Shown here: positions 46,269 to 55,258 of the stretch, in pieces
Layout: every line of letters begins with the position of its first letter
How positions within the stretch are numbered: the stretch's first letter is position 1
Origin: Methanobacteriota archaeon
GTDB lineage: Archaea > Thermoplasmatota > Thermoplasmata > UBA10834
Assembly: GCA_037439985.1 (NCBI GenBank)
Contig: JBBIUZ010000001.1
Location: 2,002-60,794 of the forward strand
Reading direction: 5' to 3'
Length of the DNA: 58,793 bases
Program-made: the position numbers and the translations under genes
Notes under the pieces: generated by a model
The model's database searches: none
Seen by the model: only the letters and a program-made list of their open reading frames with translations
What the model was told of the DNA's origin: nothing

Positions 46269-46677
46269 GTCTATTCTTCCTTTCCTTGTGCACAATTGCA
46301 TCGGGCTGTCACGCGAGTCAAACTGTCGGCTCTAGAACAAGGCGAAGTTCGGCTTGTCGGATCACTCGGCACAACTAGTGCTGAGGGCCCGTTAGTCACG
46401 ACGGTATTAATAACCTTTCACCATACACGCGCCAGCCCCCCGTCAGGGCTCCTGGGACCGGTCCAGGAGACGCCCCATGGCGCGTCGCCGTACCAGATGT
46501 CGTCAGAAAGGGCTAAATATGGACTCCGGCGTACGGCGTCACCTGTCAGATGAGCACTCTGCCGTTCAAGCCCGCACAGGCCCTGCGGACGTGGTTCTGC
46601 TCCTTGGCGGGGCATGCGCTGCACGGTGCTCGCACTCGTTTCAGGGGGCCTTACAGGGCAGCGGTCCCTGAGGAGGG

Positions 46678-48684
46678 ATGGACATGGATGATGTAGGAGC
46701 AGGCCGCGCCATTCATCACGACGCGGCGTCCGCTCCGCCCGGCCAAGAGATCTTCCAGGCAAAGGACGAGCCCGCCACGGGCGCCCTCGTCCGCTCGCTC
46801 GCCGCCCTGAAGCTGGACGACGTCCGGGTGGTCACCTCTCGCGGGGAGAGCATGCTCTACTCCCGCGACCAGTCGGAGATCCCGGCATTCCTGAAGAAGA
46901 TGATGTTCAACTCGTGTCCCGACTTGGTCGTCCAGGCGTTCACGCGCGAGGCCGTGTCCGCGCTTCTCCGGTTCGCCGCCTCGAACCACGTCACCGCCAT
47001 CCCGAGAGGGTCGGCGTCGTCGCCCTTCGGCGGGTCGATGCCCGTCGACGGAGGCATGGTGGTCGATGTGTCAGCGATGAACGGGATCGTGAGCATAGAC
47101 CCTCTGAAGGAGGAGGCCAGGGTCGAGGCAGGCGTCAGGTGGGCGGACCTGGACCAGGAGCTGGAGAAGAAGGGTCTGACGCTCAACTCAAGCCCTTCGA
47201 GCAAGTTCTCCACCGTCGGAGGCTGGGTCGCGACCGGCGGCATCGGATTGAACAGCTTCTCGAAGGGGCACCTGAGAAGCAGCGTGCTCTCGCTCGAGCT
47301 GGTCACGCCTGACGGCTCCGTCATGGAGCTGTCGAGGCTGAACCCGGAGTTCGAGGCCGTCTTCGGGAGCGAGGGACAGCTGGGCGTGGTCACCGCCGTC
47401 ACTCTCTCCGTGCGAGCGAAGCCAGCAAGGACAACGCCGCACCTCGTGCAGTTTGACGATGTCCGGAGCGCGTTCGCATTCGTGAGCGCGCTCGCGAAGA
47501 GCGCAGTTCACCCGTCCCACATCGTGTTCGAGAGCGCCTCGAAGTTCGCCCTGGTCAACCAGATGCTGGGCAAGGCCTACTTCAGGGTCGGAGACGCCGT
47601 CCTCATCAACCTGGAGAGCGAGGTCGAAGAGCAGACCTTCCAGGCGTTTCTGAGGCCCGTCGGGCTCCCCGAGGAGAAGGAGTACCTCGCGCGGTACATG
47701 TGGAACGAGAGGTTCTTCCCGATGAAGGTGAGGAAGCTCGGCCCGGGCATGCTGGGCTCGGAGGTTCGCGTCCCCTCCGAACTGCTGGCCAAGGCCGTCG
47801 AGGAGTCGATGGAGCTGTGCCGCGTCCTCGACCTCAAGCCGCTCTACGAGGTGCACATGCTGAACGACGGGCACGGCCTCCTGCTCTGCTACTACCTCAC
47901 GGACCAGGGAGACCAGCTCGCGTACGGCCTCGATGCCGTGAAGTCGATGCTCGTCACTTTCAGCTTGGTCCGGATGGGCTGCAGGCCGTATTCCATAGGC
48001 GTGCTCTACCACCCGTTCTCCGAGGTGGAGGACAGGGACCGCATCGAGAGGCTCAGGGACGCGAAGAGGTCGCTCGATCCCGAGGGGGTCATGAACTCGG
48101 GGAAGCTCTTCTCGCTCTCGGGGAGGTTCGGCGGGCTCGGGGCACTCGTGTTCCACCCGAGGCTGATGAAGCCCGCTCTGGGCACGATGCTCAGGTTCCT
48201 ACCAGTCACCTCGCGCGTGATGCGCTCGCTCCGCTCGGCGTGCGCGCCATCGCCTTCGACCGCCGCCCCCGGGACGCTCAAGGAGGTCGCGCGGCTCGCG
48301 GACGAGTGCGCCATGTGCGGCGCCTGCGTGAGCGTCTGTCCAGCCTACTTGGTCGTGCACGACGAGAGGGTCACGGGCCGCGGCAAGCTGATGACCGCGA
48401 AGGCCATGGCCCGGGGGGAGCGCGTCTCCAAGGAGCACTCGGACAGGACCTTCCTCTGCATGCGGTGCAAGGCCTGCGAACAGGTCTGCCAATCCAAGCT
48501 CGAGCTCGTCGCGGCGTACGAAGTTATCGAGAAGGAGCTCGAACAGAGGCACGGCAGGGATAAGCAGGAGATAGAGAGGTTCGTGAAGTACGTCGAGTCC
48601 ACTCCCGAGTACGACAAGCTCATTGGGCGCGGCCTTGTCCTCGGCGCCCCGAAGAACGGCATGGGAGGCGGCATCGGTGTTTGA
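46678..48684 (+). CDS. FAD-linked oxidase (GlcD-like, PCMH-type FAD domain) fused to a C-terminal 2x[4Fe-4S] (GlpC-like) domain; ATG 46684 is an equally good start
   Basis: PDLVVQAFTREAVSALL...IPRGSASSPFGGS...VGGWVATGGIG, with C-terminal CAMCGACVSVCP and CMRCKACEQVC. GGAGG at 46672-46676. Confidence 0.8.
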   Translation: MDMDDVGAGRAIHHDAASAPPGQEIFQAKDEPATGALVRSLAALKLDDVRVVTSRGESMLYSRDQSEIPAFLKKMMFNSCPDLVVQAFTREAVSALLRFAASNHVTAIPRGSASSPFGGSMPVDGGMVVDVSAMNGIVSIDPLKEEARVEAGVRWADLDQELEKKGLTLNSSPSSKFSTVGGWVATGGIGLNSFSKGHLRSSVLSLELVTPDGSVMELSRLNPEFEAVFGSEGQLGVVTAVTLSVRAKPARTTPHLVQFDDVRSAFAFVSALAKSAVHPSHIVFESASKFALVNQMLGKAYFRVGDAVLINLESEVEEQTFQAFLRPVGLPEEKEYLARYMWNERFFPMKVRKLGPGMLGSEVRVPSELLAKAVEESMELCRVLDLKPLYEVHMLNDGHGLLLCYYLTDQGDQLAYGLDAVKSMLVTFSLVRMGCRPYSIGVLYHPFSEVEDRDRIERLRDAKRSLDPEGVMNSGKLFSLSGRFGGLGALVFHPRLMKPALGTMLRFLPVTSRVMRSLRSACAPSPSTAAPGTLKEVARLADECAMCGACVSVCPAYLVVHDERVTGRGKLMTAKAMARGERVSKEHSDRTFLCMRCKACEQVCQSKLELVAAYEVIEKELEQRHGRDKQEIERFVKYVESTPEYDKLIGRGLVLGAPKNGMGGGIGV

Positions 48685-50065
48685 GCGGTACCACATACCC
48701 GTGAAGACGTTCCAGGCGCGCGCGCCTCCGGTCCCGAAGTTCGTCATCGTCCGCGCGGATAACTGCATGAACTGCGGGAAGTGCGAGAGTGCGTGCATCT
48801 ATGGCGTGCACAAGCGGAGCGAGCAGGACCCGAGGAAGATGGCGGACCCGATAAGCCCGCTGTGCAAGAACTGCTTCAGGTGCATCGCGGACTGCCCCCA
48901 GAGGGCGCTCACGATGTCCCCGGGTCCGGAGTACCTCTCGCTCGGAAAGGGCATCTGGACCCCCTCGAGAATACACACGATCTGGGGCGAGTCGGAGACA
49001 GGGAAGATACCGGTCCTCGGGGCCGGCTACAAGGGGATGTTCGCAGGGCCGGGCTACGACGGCATGTGGACGGACATGTCAGAGATCGTGAGGCCCACCA
49101 GGGACGGGATCCACGGCAGGGAGTTCATATCCACGGCCGTGGACATCGGCAGGAAGCTGCCATTCCTCCAGTTCGACGCAAAGGGCGCGCTCGCGTCGAC
49201 CGATTCCCGTCCAGTGATTGAGCTCCCGATACCGTTCATCATGGACATATCCAGACTGCGCATCCTGAACGAGAACCTGGTCGGAGGATATGTGGGCGCG
49301 GCGAGGCGCCTCGACACCCTGCTGATGGCCTCGCCGGCCCTCGTCCCGCACGACCTCTCGGAGGAAGAGAACAGCCACATCGTCCCGGTCTACCCATCGG
49401 CTGCGAGCGTTGGTGACCTGGATCTGCCCAGAGGAACCAGGATGGCCGAGCTCCAGTTCAGGCCGGACTGGAGGCACGACGTCAGGACTTTCAGGGAGAA
49501 ATTCCCGGGAACGGTGCTCGCGCTCAGGGCCAGCGCGGGAGCGGAGGTCGAGAGGGCGCTCCCGGAGCTCGTGGCCGCCGGTGTCGAGGTCGTGCACGTA
49601 CTCTTCGACGAGCAGGGGACGGAGGCCGGGGGCGGCGGGAGGCACTCCAAGGAGTCCCTGAGGGCCATGCACAGGTCCCTGGTGTCGGCGAAGGTCAGGG
49701 ACCAGATCACGATTATCACGGGCGGGGGCATAGCCGCCGCCGAGCACGTCCCGAAGAGCATCATATGCGGCGCGGACGTCGTCACGCTGGAGAAGGGGCT
49801 CCTCGTGGCCCTCGAGTGCCGCGACTGCCCGGCGTGCTCGTTGGAGTCATGCCCTGTGGACATCAAGAAGGCTCCCGCGGACTGGGTCGAGGGACGTGTC
49901 CTCAACATGGTAGGTGCGTGGAGGGACCAGCTGCTAGAGGTCCTCGGCGCGATGGGCCTCAGGGAGGTCAGGAGGCTGAGGGGTGAGCTCGGGCGGGCGA
50001 TCATCTACGAGGACGTCGAGCGGGAGGCCTTCGCGGATCTGGAGGGAGGTGGACCGGATGCCTGA
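48677..50065 (+). CDS. Glutamate-synthase domain-2 (FMN/TIM-barrel) paralogue with an N-terminal 2x[4Fe-4S] ferredoxin and a degenerate FMN/active-site region
   Basis: CMNCGKCESACIYG and CKNCFRCIADCP. The overall layout matches the next gene, but HVLFDEQGTEAGGGGRH replaces HLDGGYGGTGAAP. The GTG start is 8 nt after GGAGG and overlaps the upstream gene by 8 nt. Confidence 0.65.
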   Translation: MFERYHIPVKTFQARAPPVPKFVIVRADNCMNCGKCESACIYGVHKRSEQDPRKMADPISPLCKNCFRCIADCPQRALTMSPGPEYLSLGKGIWTPSRIHTIWGESETGKIPVLGAGYKGMFAGPGYDGMWTDMSEIVRPTRDGIHGREFISTAVDIGRKLPFLQFDAKGALASTDSRPVIELPIPFIMDISRLRILNENLVGGYVGAARRLDTLLMASPALVPHDLSEEENSHIVPVYPSAASVGDLDLPRGTRMAELQFRPDWRHDVRTFREKFPGTVLALRASAGAEVERALPELVAAGVEVVHVLFDEQGTEAGGGGRHSKESLRAMHRSLVSAKVRDQITIITGGGIAAAEHVPKSIICGADVVTLEKGLLVALECRDCPACSLESCPVDIKKAPADWVEGRVLNMVGAWRDQLLEVLGAMGLREVRRLRGELGRAIIYEDVEREAFADLEGGGPDA

Positions 50066-51569
50066 ACCGAAGAGGGCTCGTCAAACGGGCGTTCCGAAAC
50101 CGTCTCCGGCGCCTTCGGAGAATCTCGCGTTCATGAACAGGTTCACCGTCGTCCGCGCTGACACCTGCATCTCCTGCGGGATGTGTGCCAGCCTGTGCCC
50201 CTACGGGGTCCACAAGCGCATCGAGGGGCACGTGAGGATCCTGCTTCCGGACGACAGGAAGTGTATCGGTCCTTCGTGCTCTCTCAACGATTTCTTCTGC
50301 GTGGCGAACTGCCCGACGGGCTCGCTATCGCTGAAGACGAGCGACACCTACCTGAGCATGGGCGACCCGCGCTGGACGGCGGACATGATCCTGGCGACCT
50401 GGGCCCAGGCGGAGACCGGCCGCCCCCTTCCGCTTGATCATCCGGGGAACATCGGGGCCTCGGGAGGCGGGTTCGACGAGCTCTCCTTCAAGGTCCCGAA
50501 CAAGGAGGCCAAGTACTCGCCGAGCGACATCTGCACCTCGCTCGACCTCAACAGGCGGAAGGCCGGGACTAAGATTCGGATACCCATCCCGATCTACGGC
50601 GGCGGCATGTCGTTCGGGTCGGTCAGCGTCCATACGATGCTCTCGCGGGCGAAGGCGGCCAAGAGCTGGAGCACGTTCACGTGCACTGGCGAGGGAGGAT
50701 ATCCCGAGCTGCTCGTGCCCTTCAAGGACCATGTGATCACGCAGATCGCCACCGGGCTCTTCGGCGTGCGCGAGGAGACGATCCAGCGCGCGCGGATAGT
50801 CGAGTTCAAGTACGCCCAGGGCGCGAAGCCGGGCCTCGGCGGCCACCTGCTGCACGACAAGAACACCCCCGAGGTCGCCCGGATGAGGGAGGCCGTGCCG
50901 TACACGAGCCTGTTCTCGCCGTTCCCGTTCCATAGCGTGTACTCGGTCGAGGACCACAAGAAGCATCTCGACTGGGCGCATGCAATCAACCCGGGCGCGA
51001 TACTGTCCGTCAAGGTCTCGACCCCGAACGATGTGGAGATGGTCTCCGTGGGGAGCTACTACGCGGGGGCCCACATCGTACACCTGGACGGTGGGTACGG
51101 TGGCACGGGGGCGGCGCCCGAAATCGCCAAGAAGAACATCGCGATGCCAATCGAGTACGCGATACCGAAGGTCCACAGGTTCCTCGTGAACGAGGGCATC
51201 AGGGACGAGGTGACCCTCATGGCCAGCGGAGGCCTGAGGACGGCCATGGACGTCGCGAAGGCCATCGCGCTCGGGGCCGACGGTGCGGTCATAGGCACCG
51301 CGGACCTCGTCGCCCTGGGATGCGTCCGGTGCGGCAACTGCGAAAGCGGCAGGGGCTGCCCGAGGGGCATAGCGACGACGGACCCCGTGCTCGACAAGCT
51401 GATGGACTCCGACTGGGGCGCGAAGAGGATCAGCAACATGTACGGCTCGTGGCGGCTCCAGTGGTGCGAGCTGCTCGCGCGCCTAGGCATGGACGACATC
51501 TCCCAGCTCCGAGGCCGCACGGACCTGCTCAGGCATGCGGGCAGGCCCGCGAAGGAGGTCGGGAGGTGA
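50058..51569 (+). CDS. Archaeal-type glutamate synthase FMN subunit (GltB domain 2) with an N-terminal ferredoxin domain
   Basis: CISCGMCASLCPYG, GGGMSFGSVS, EFKYAQGAKPGLGGHL, HLDGGYGGTGAAP, ASGGLRT, and CVRCGNCESGRGCPRGIAT (3Fe/4Fe cluster region). Confidence 0.85.
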   Translation: MPEPKRARQTGVPKPSPAPSENLAFMNRFTVVRADTCISCGMCASLCPYGVHKRIEGHVRILLPDDRKCIGPSCSLNDFFCVANCPTGSLSLKTSDTYLSMGDPRWTADMILATWAQAETGRPLPLDHPGNIGASGGGFDELSFKVPNKEAKYSPSDICTSLDLNRRKAGTKIRIPIPIYGGGMSFGSVSVHTMLSRAKAAKSWSTFTCTGEGGYPELLVPFKDHVITQIATGLFGVREETIQRARIVEFKYAQGAKPGLGGHLLHDKNTPEVARMREAVPYTSLFSPFPFHSVYSVEDHKKHLDWAHAINPGAILSVKVSTPNDVEMVSVGSYYAGAHIVHLDGGYGGTGAAPEIAKKNIAMPIEYAIPKVHRFLVNEGIRDEVTLMASGGLRTAMDVAKAIALGADGAVIGTADLVALGCVRCGNCESGRGCPRGIATTDPVLDKLMDSDWGAKRISNMYGSWRLQWCELLARLGMDDISQLRGRTDLLRHAGRPAKEVGR

Positions 51570-54202
51570 CATCGATGATGGGCAGGCTCATGGGTTCGAG
51601 GGCGTGGATGTCGGCTGGCCCGAAGGGAAGTCGGGCCCAGCAGCAGGAGGCTGAGGGAGGCTGCGGCGTCCTGGGCCTGGCGAGCTCGGTCCCGATGCCG
51701 GGAAGGCACATACTGCAGCCTCTCGTCCAGATGCATAACAGGGGCAACGGCAAGGGAGGAGGCATAGCCGCGGTCGGCCTGGACGCCAAGCAGATGGGCG
51801 TGACCGCGCGCATCCTAGAGGAGGACTACCTCGTCCAGGTCGCGTACCTCAGGCCGGAGGTCCGCGAGGACCTGGAGGACGAATTCATCAAGCCGACCTA
51901 CAAGGTCGACAAGAAGTACAGGGTCGACACATCCGAGGACAAGGCCTTCGTGAGATCGCTAGAGGTCGCCCCTCCAGAGGTCTGGCGGTACTTCTGCAGG
52001 GCGAAGAAAGCCCCGCTCGCGCGGTTCGTCCAGGAGAACGGTCTCGAGGGCCTGGACCCGCGGAAGGCGGAGGACGAGCTCGTCTACCAGACCAGCTTCA
52101 GGATCAACAAGAAGCACTACGCCTCCTCGGAGATGGCGGCGTTCGTCATGTCCCACGGCAGGAACATGCTCGTGATGAAGATCGTCGGGTACGCGGAGGA
52201 CGTGATTAGGTTCTACAAGCTCGAGGACATGACCGCCCACATCTGGATAGGGCACCAGAGGTACCCCACGAAGGGGAGGGTCTGGCACCCGGGGGGCGCA
52301 CACCCGTTCGTCGGCCTCGACGAGGCCCTGGTGCACAACGGCGATTTCGCGAACTACCATTCAGTGTCGGAGTACCTCGCGCAGAGGAACATCGCGCCGC
52401 TCTTCCTGACGGACACGGAGGTCTCGGTCCTGCTGTTCGACCTGCTGAACAGGACCTATGGGTACCCGCTCGAGTACATCATCGAGGCGCTCGCGCCTAC
52501 GACCGAGAGGGACTTCACCCTCCTGCCGGAGGAGAAGCGCAAGGTCTACCGCACGATCCAGCAGACGCACATACACGGTTCCCCGGACGGCCCGTGGTTC
52601 TTCATTATCGGGCGGAACTGCTACTACGACAAGAGGCTCCAGCTGATGGGCATCACGGACACGTCCATGCTCAGGCCCCAGGTGTTCGCGCTGGTGGACG
52701 GCGAGGTCCAGCTGGGCCTCATAGCCTCCGAGAAGCAGGCGATCGACGCCGCTCTGGGCAGCATATCGACCGAGTTTCCCTCAGTGCCCGTCTACGCCGA
52801 CATGTACTGGAACGCCAGGGGAGGCAGCCACACGGACGGCGGGGCGTTCATCTTCACGCTGCACCCGGACGCGGAGCGCGAGGCTGGGCTCAGACTCATC
52901 TGCATGAACAAGTTCGGCGCCCCTGTGACGGTCGCCTCTGACAGCTGGGACGCGAAGGACGACCTCGCGCTCTCAGGGCCGTTGCCGTCGAGGCCGAAGC
53001 AGGACGCGCTCGGCGCGGATATCGTCGCGAGGAAGGACGTCCAGGCAGCGTTGGATATCCTCCTCGGCAGGCTCAAGGACATGTCCGGGAGGGCGCTCAA
53101 CGACCTCTTCTCGTACATGGTCTGGCAGGGGAAGAAGAGCGACGCGGCGATGGACGAGGGGCTGGAGTTCCTTACGAAGGTCATCGATGCGAGGTACGCG
53201 CCTGGGAAGTTCAGGCGCAGCAGGCTCATGCAGAAGGCGAACGAAGCGCTGTTCGAGATGCTCAGGGCCGCTCCCAGACTCGAGAAGGACGAGCGGTCAG
53301 AATACTCCCTGGTGGACATGCGCAACAGGGACAGGCTGCGCCCGCCCGCTTCCCCGTACTCGAAGCTCGTCATCGACTGCCGCGGGTTCCCGATGGAGGG
53401 CGAGGAGGGCGTGTCGTCGCTGTTGAGGTGCGCCAGGGAGAAGGGGTGGAACAGGGCGATCCTGATAGACGCCCATGGACAGAGGTTCATCGGCGCGGGG
53501 CTGGGCCCGAGGTCCAAGGGGTTCAGGATGGACGTCTACGGGAGCCCTGGGGACTACCTCGGCTCCGGCTTGGACGGCGCGGAGGTCGTGGTACACGCGA
53601 ACGGCCAGGACCAGCTGGGCCAGATACTGAGCAACGGCAGGCTCGTCGTCCACGGCGACGTCGGCCAGACATTCCTCTATGGCGCGAAGGGCGGGGAGGC
53701 GTACGTCCTGGGGAACGCTGCAGGACGCCCACTCATTAACGCCGTCGGCAGGCCCAGGGTCGTGATAAACGGCACGTGCCTGGACTACCTCGCCGAGTCC
53801 TTCATGGCCGGCAACCCGCTCTTCGGCGGCGGGTTCGTCGTGCTGAACGGCGTGTCGTTCGACCGCGAGGGGAAGCCGGTGGTGCTTCCCTCGCCATACC
53901 CCGGCGGGAACCTGTTCTCGCTCGCCTCGGGAGGGGCGATATACATCAGGGACCCGAAGAGGAAGGTTGGCGAGGACCAGCTCAACGGCGGCAGGATATC
54001 CAGGCTCACGGAGGCCGACTGGAACCTGATCTACCCGCACCTGAAGGAGAACGAGCGGCTGTTCGGCATCCCCGTCGAGGGCTTCTTGCTCAAGGTCGAC
54101 GGCGTGAGCAAGCCCCCAGAGGAGGTCTACAGGAAGATAGAGGCCGCGCCAACCGTGACCCTAGCGGGCGCCCAGCAGCTGCTCCCGGACACCGGTTCGT
54201 GA
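51566..54202 (+). CDS. Fusion of a class-II (Ntn) glutamine amidotransferase (GltB domain 1) and a GXGXG domain (GltB domain 3); start is GTG 51566 or ATG 51575
   Basis: GGCGVLGL (nucleophile Cys after a roughly 30-aa leader), HNRGNGKGGG, GHQRYPTKG, HNGDFANY. C-terminus: IDAHGQRFIGAGLG...VYGSPGDYLGSGLDGAEVVVHANGQDQLG...VVHGDVGQTFLYGAKGGEAYVLGNAG. Confidence 0.8.
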   Translation: MTSMMGRLMGSRAWMSAGPKGSRAQQQEAEGGCGVLGLASSVPMPGRHILQPLVQMHNRGNGKGGGIAAVGLDAKQMGVTARILEEDYLVQVAYLRPEVREDLEDEFIKPTYKVDKKYRVDTSEDKAFVRSLEVAPPEVWRYFCRAKKAPLARFVQENGLEGLDPRKAEDELVYQTSFRINKKHYASSEMAAFVMSHGRNMLVMKIVGYAEDVIRFYKLEDMTAHIWIGHQRYPTKGRVWHPGGAHPFVGLDEALVHNGDFANYHSVSEYLAQRNIAPLFLTDTEVSVLLFDLLNRTYGYPLEYIIEALAPTTERDFTLLPEEKRKVYRTIQQTHIHGSPDGPWFFIIGRNCYYDKRLQLMGITDTSMLRPQVFALVDGEVQLGLIASEKQAIDAALGSISTEFPSVPVYADMYWNARGGSHTDGGAFIFTLHPDAEREAGLRLICMNKFGAPVTVASDSWDAKDDLALSGPLPSRPKQDALGADIVARKDVQAALDILLGRLKDMSGRALNDLFSYMVWQGKKSDAAMDEGLEFLTKVIDARYAPGKFRRSRLMQKANEALFEMLRAAPRLEKDERSEYSLVDMRNRDRLRPPASPYSKLVIDCRGFPMEGEEGVSSLLRCAREKGWNRAILIDAHGQRFIGAGLGPRSKGFRMDVYGSPGDYLGSGLDGAEVVVHANGQDQLGQILSNGRLVVHGDVGQTFLYGAKGGEAYVLGNAAGRPLINAVGRPRVVINGTCLDYLAESFMAGNPLFGGGFVVLNGVSFDREGKPVVLPSPYPGGNLFSLASGGAIYIRDPKRKVGEDQLNGGRISRLTEADWNLIYPHLKENERLFGIPVEGFLLKVDGVSKPPEEVYRKIEAAPTVTLAGAQQLLPDTGS

Positions 54203-54331
54203 CCTCGCTCCCTGTCGTTTTAGAATCGTTTTCGATGCATGCGCGGGATTCTCACACGGGATTCGGAAAAAGCCCGCGCCAGAGGCCGCGCTCAGCCAAT
54301 CGCATAATTCCCAATCGTATTCGCGGCAACC

Positions 54332-54339
54332 TTAAATAT
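54332..54339 (+). promoter_or_regulatory. TATA-like element TTAAATAT upstream of the nfnA-like gene
   Basis: Lies downstream of two TCGTTTT T-tracts that follow the glutamate synthase operon, and about 90 nt upstream of ATG 54431 (SD GGGTG). Confidence 0.3.
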
Positions 54340-54430
54340 CGACTCAGAAATGCAGCGACCACAAGGCATCGCGGCCTCGTTCCATCGCCCTCCGTCATAT
54401 TTCCTGGCCGAGGGCGGGAAGGGTGTCAGA

Positions 54431-55258
54431 ATGTACGAGATAGTGAAGGCAGAGAAGCTCACGCCTGATGTCATCCGACTGGAGATAAGCGCCCCGCACA
54501 TCGCCAAGAAGGCGAAGGCGGGCATGTTCGTGATGGTGACACCGGACGAGCACGGCGAGAGGGTCCCGCTCACGATGGCGGACTTCTCGCCCGAGAAGGG
54601 AACGATCACGATCGCGGCGCTCGAGATCGGGAAGACCACGAAGCAGCTGGGCAGGATGAAGGCTGGGGACAAGCTCTTCAGCCTCGTGGGCCCCCTCGGG
54701 CTCCCGACGCACCTGCAGAACTACGGCAATGTCGTGAGCATCGGCGGCGGCATCGGCCTCGCGCTCATGTACCCCGTCGTGCGTGCGCTCGGGCAGGCAG
54801 GCAACCACACGATCAGCATCATAGGCGCGAAGAACGAGAAGCTACTGATCTACGAGAAGGAGATCGAGGCCGTCAGCGACGAGTTTTACGTCTGCACCGA
54901 TGACGGCTCCAAGGGCCACCACGGGTTCGTGAGCGACATACTCAAGAAGTTCATCGCGGAGAACAAGAAGGTAGACCTGGTGTACGCCGTCGGCCCGATA
55001 ATCATGATGAAAGTCATCGCGAACATGACCAGGCCGTACAACATACACACCGTCGTCAGCCTCAACCCGATAATGGTCGACGGCACGGGCATGTGCGGCT
55101 CTTGCAGGGTCATCGTGGACGGCAAGACCAAGTTCGGGTGCGTCGACGGGCCAGAGTTCGACGGGCACAAGGTGGACTTCGAGAACCTCACGGCGAGGAA
55201 CAAGAGGTACATCCCGCAGGAGCAGATCGCCCTGAAGAAGTTCCAGGAGGCGAGGTGA
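54431..55258 (+). CDS. NfnA/SudB-type (PyrK-like) FAD/[2Fe-2S] electron-transfer subunit
   Basis: RVPLTMADF (FAD RxYS-like), GGGIGLALMYP, and C-terminal GMCGSCRV...GCVDGPEF cluster motif. Confidence 0.8.
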   Translation: MYEIVKAEKLTPDVIRLEISAPHIAKKAKAGMFVMVTPDEHGERVPLTMADFSPEKGTITIAALEIGKTTKQLGRMKAGDKLFSLVGPLGLPTHLQNYGNVVSIGGGIGLALMYPVVRALGQAGNHTISIIGAKNEKLLIYEKEIEAVSDEFYVCTDDGSKGHHGFVSDILKKFIAENKKVDLVYAVGPIIMMKVIANMTRPYNIHTVVSLNPIMVDGTGMCGSCRVIVDGKTKFGCVDGPEFDGHKVDFENLTARNKRYIPQEQIALKKFQEAR

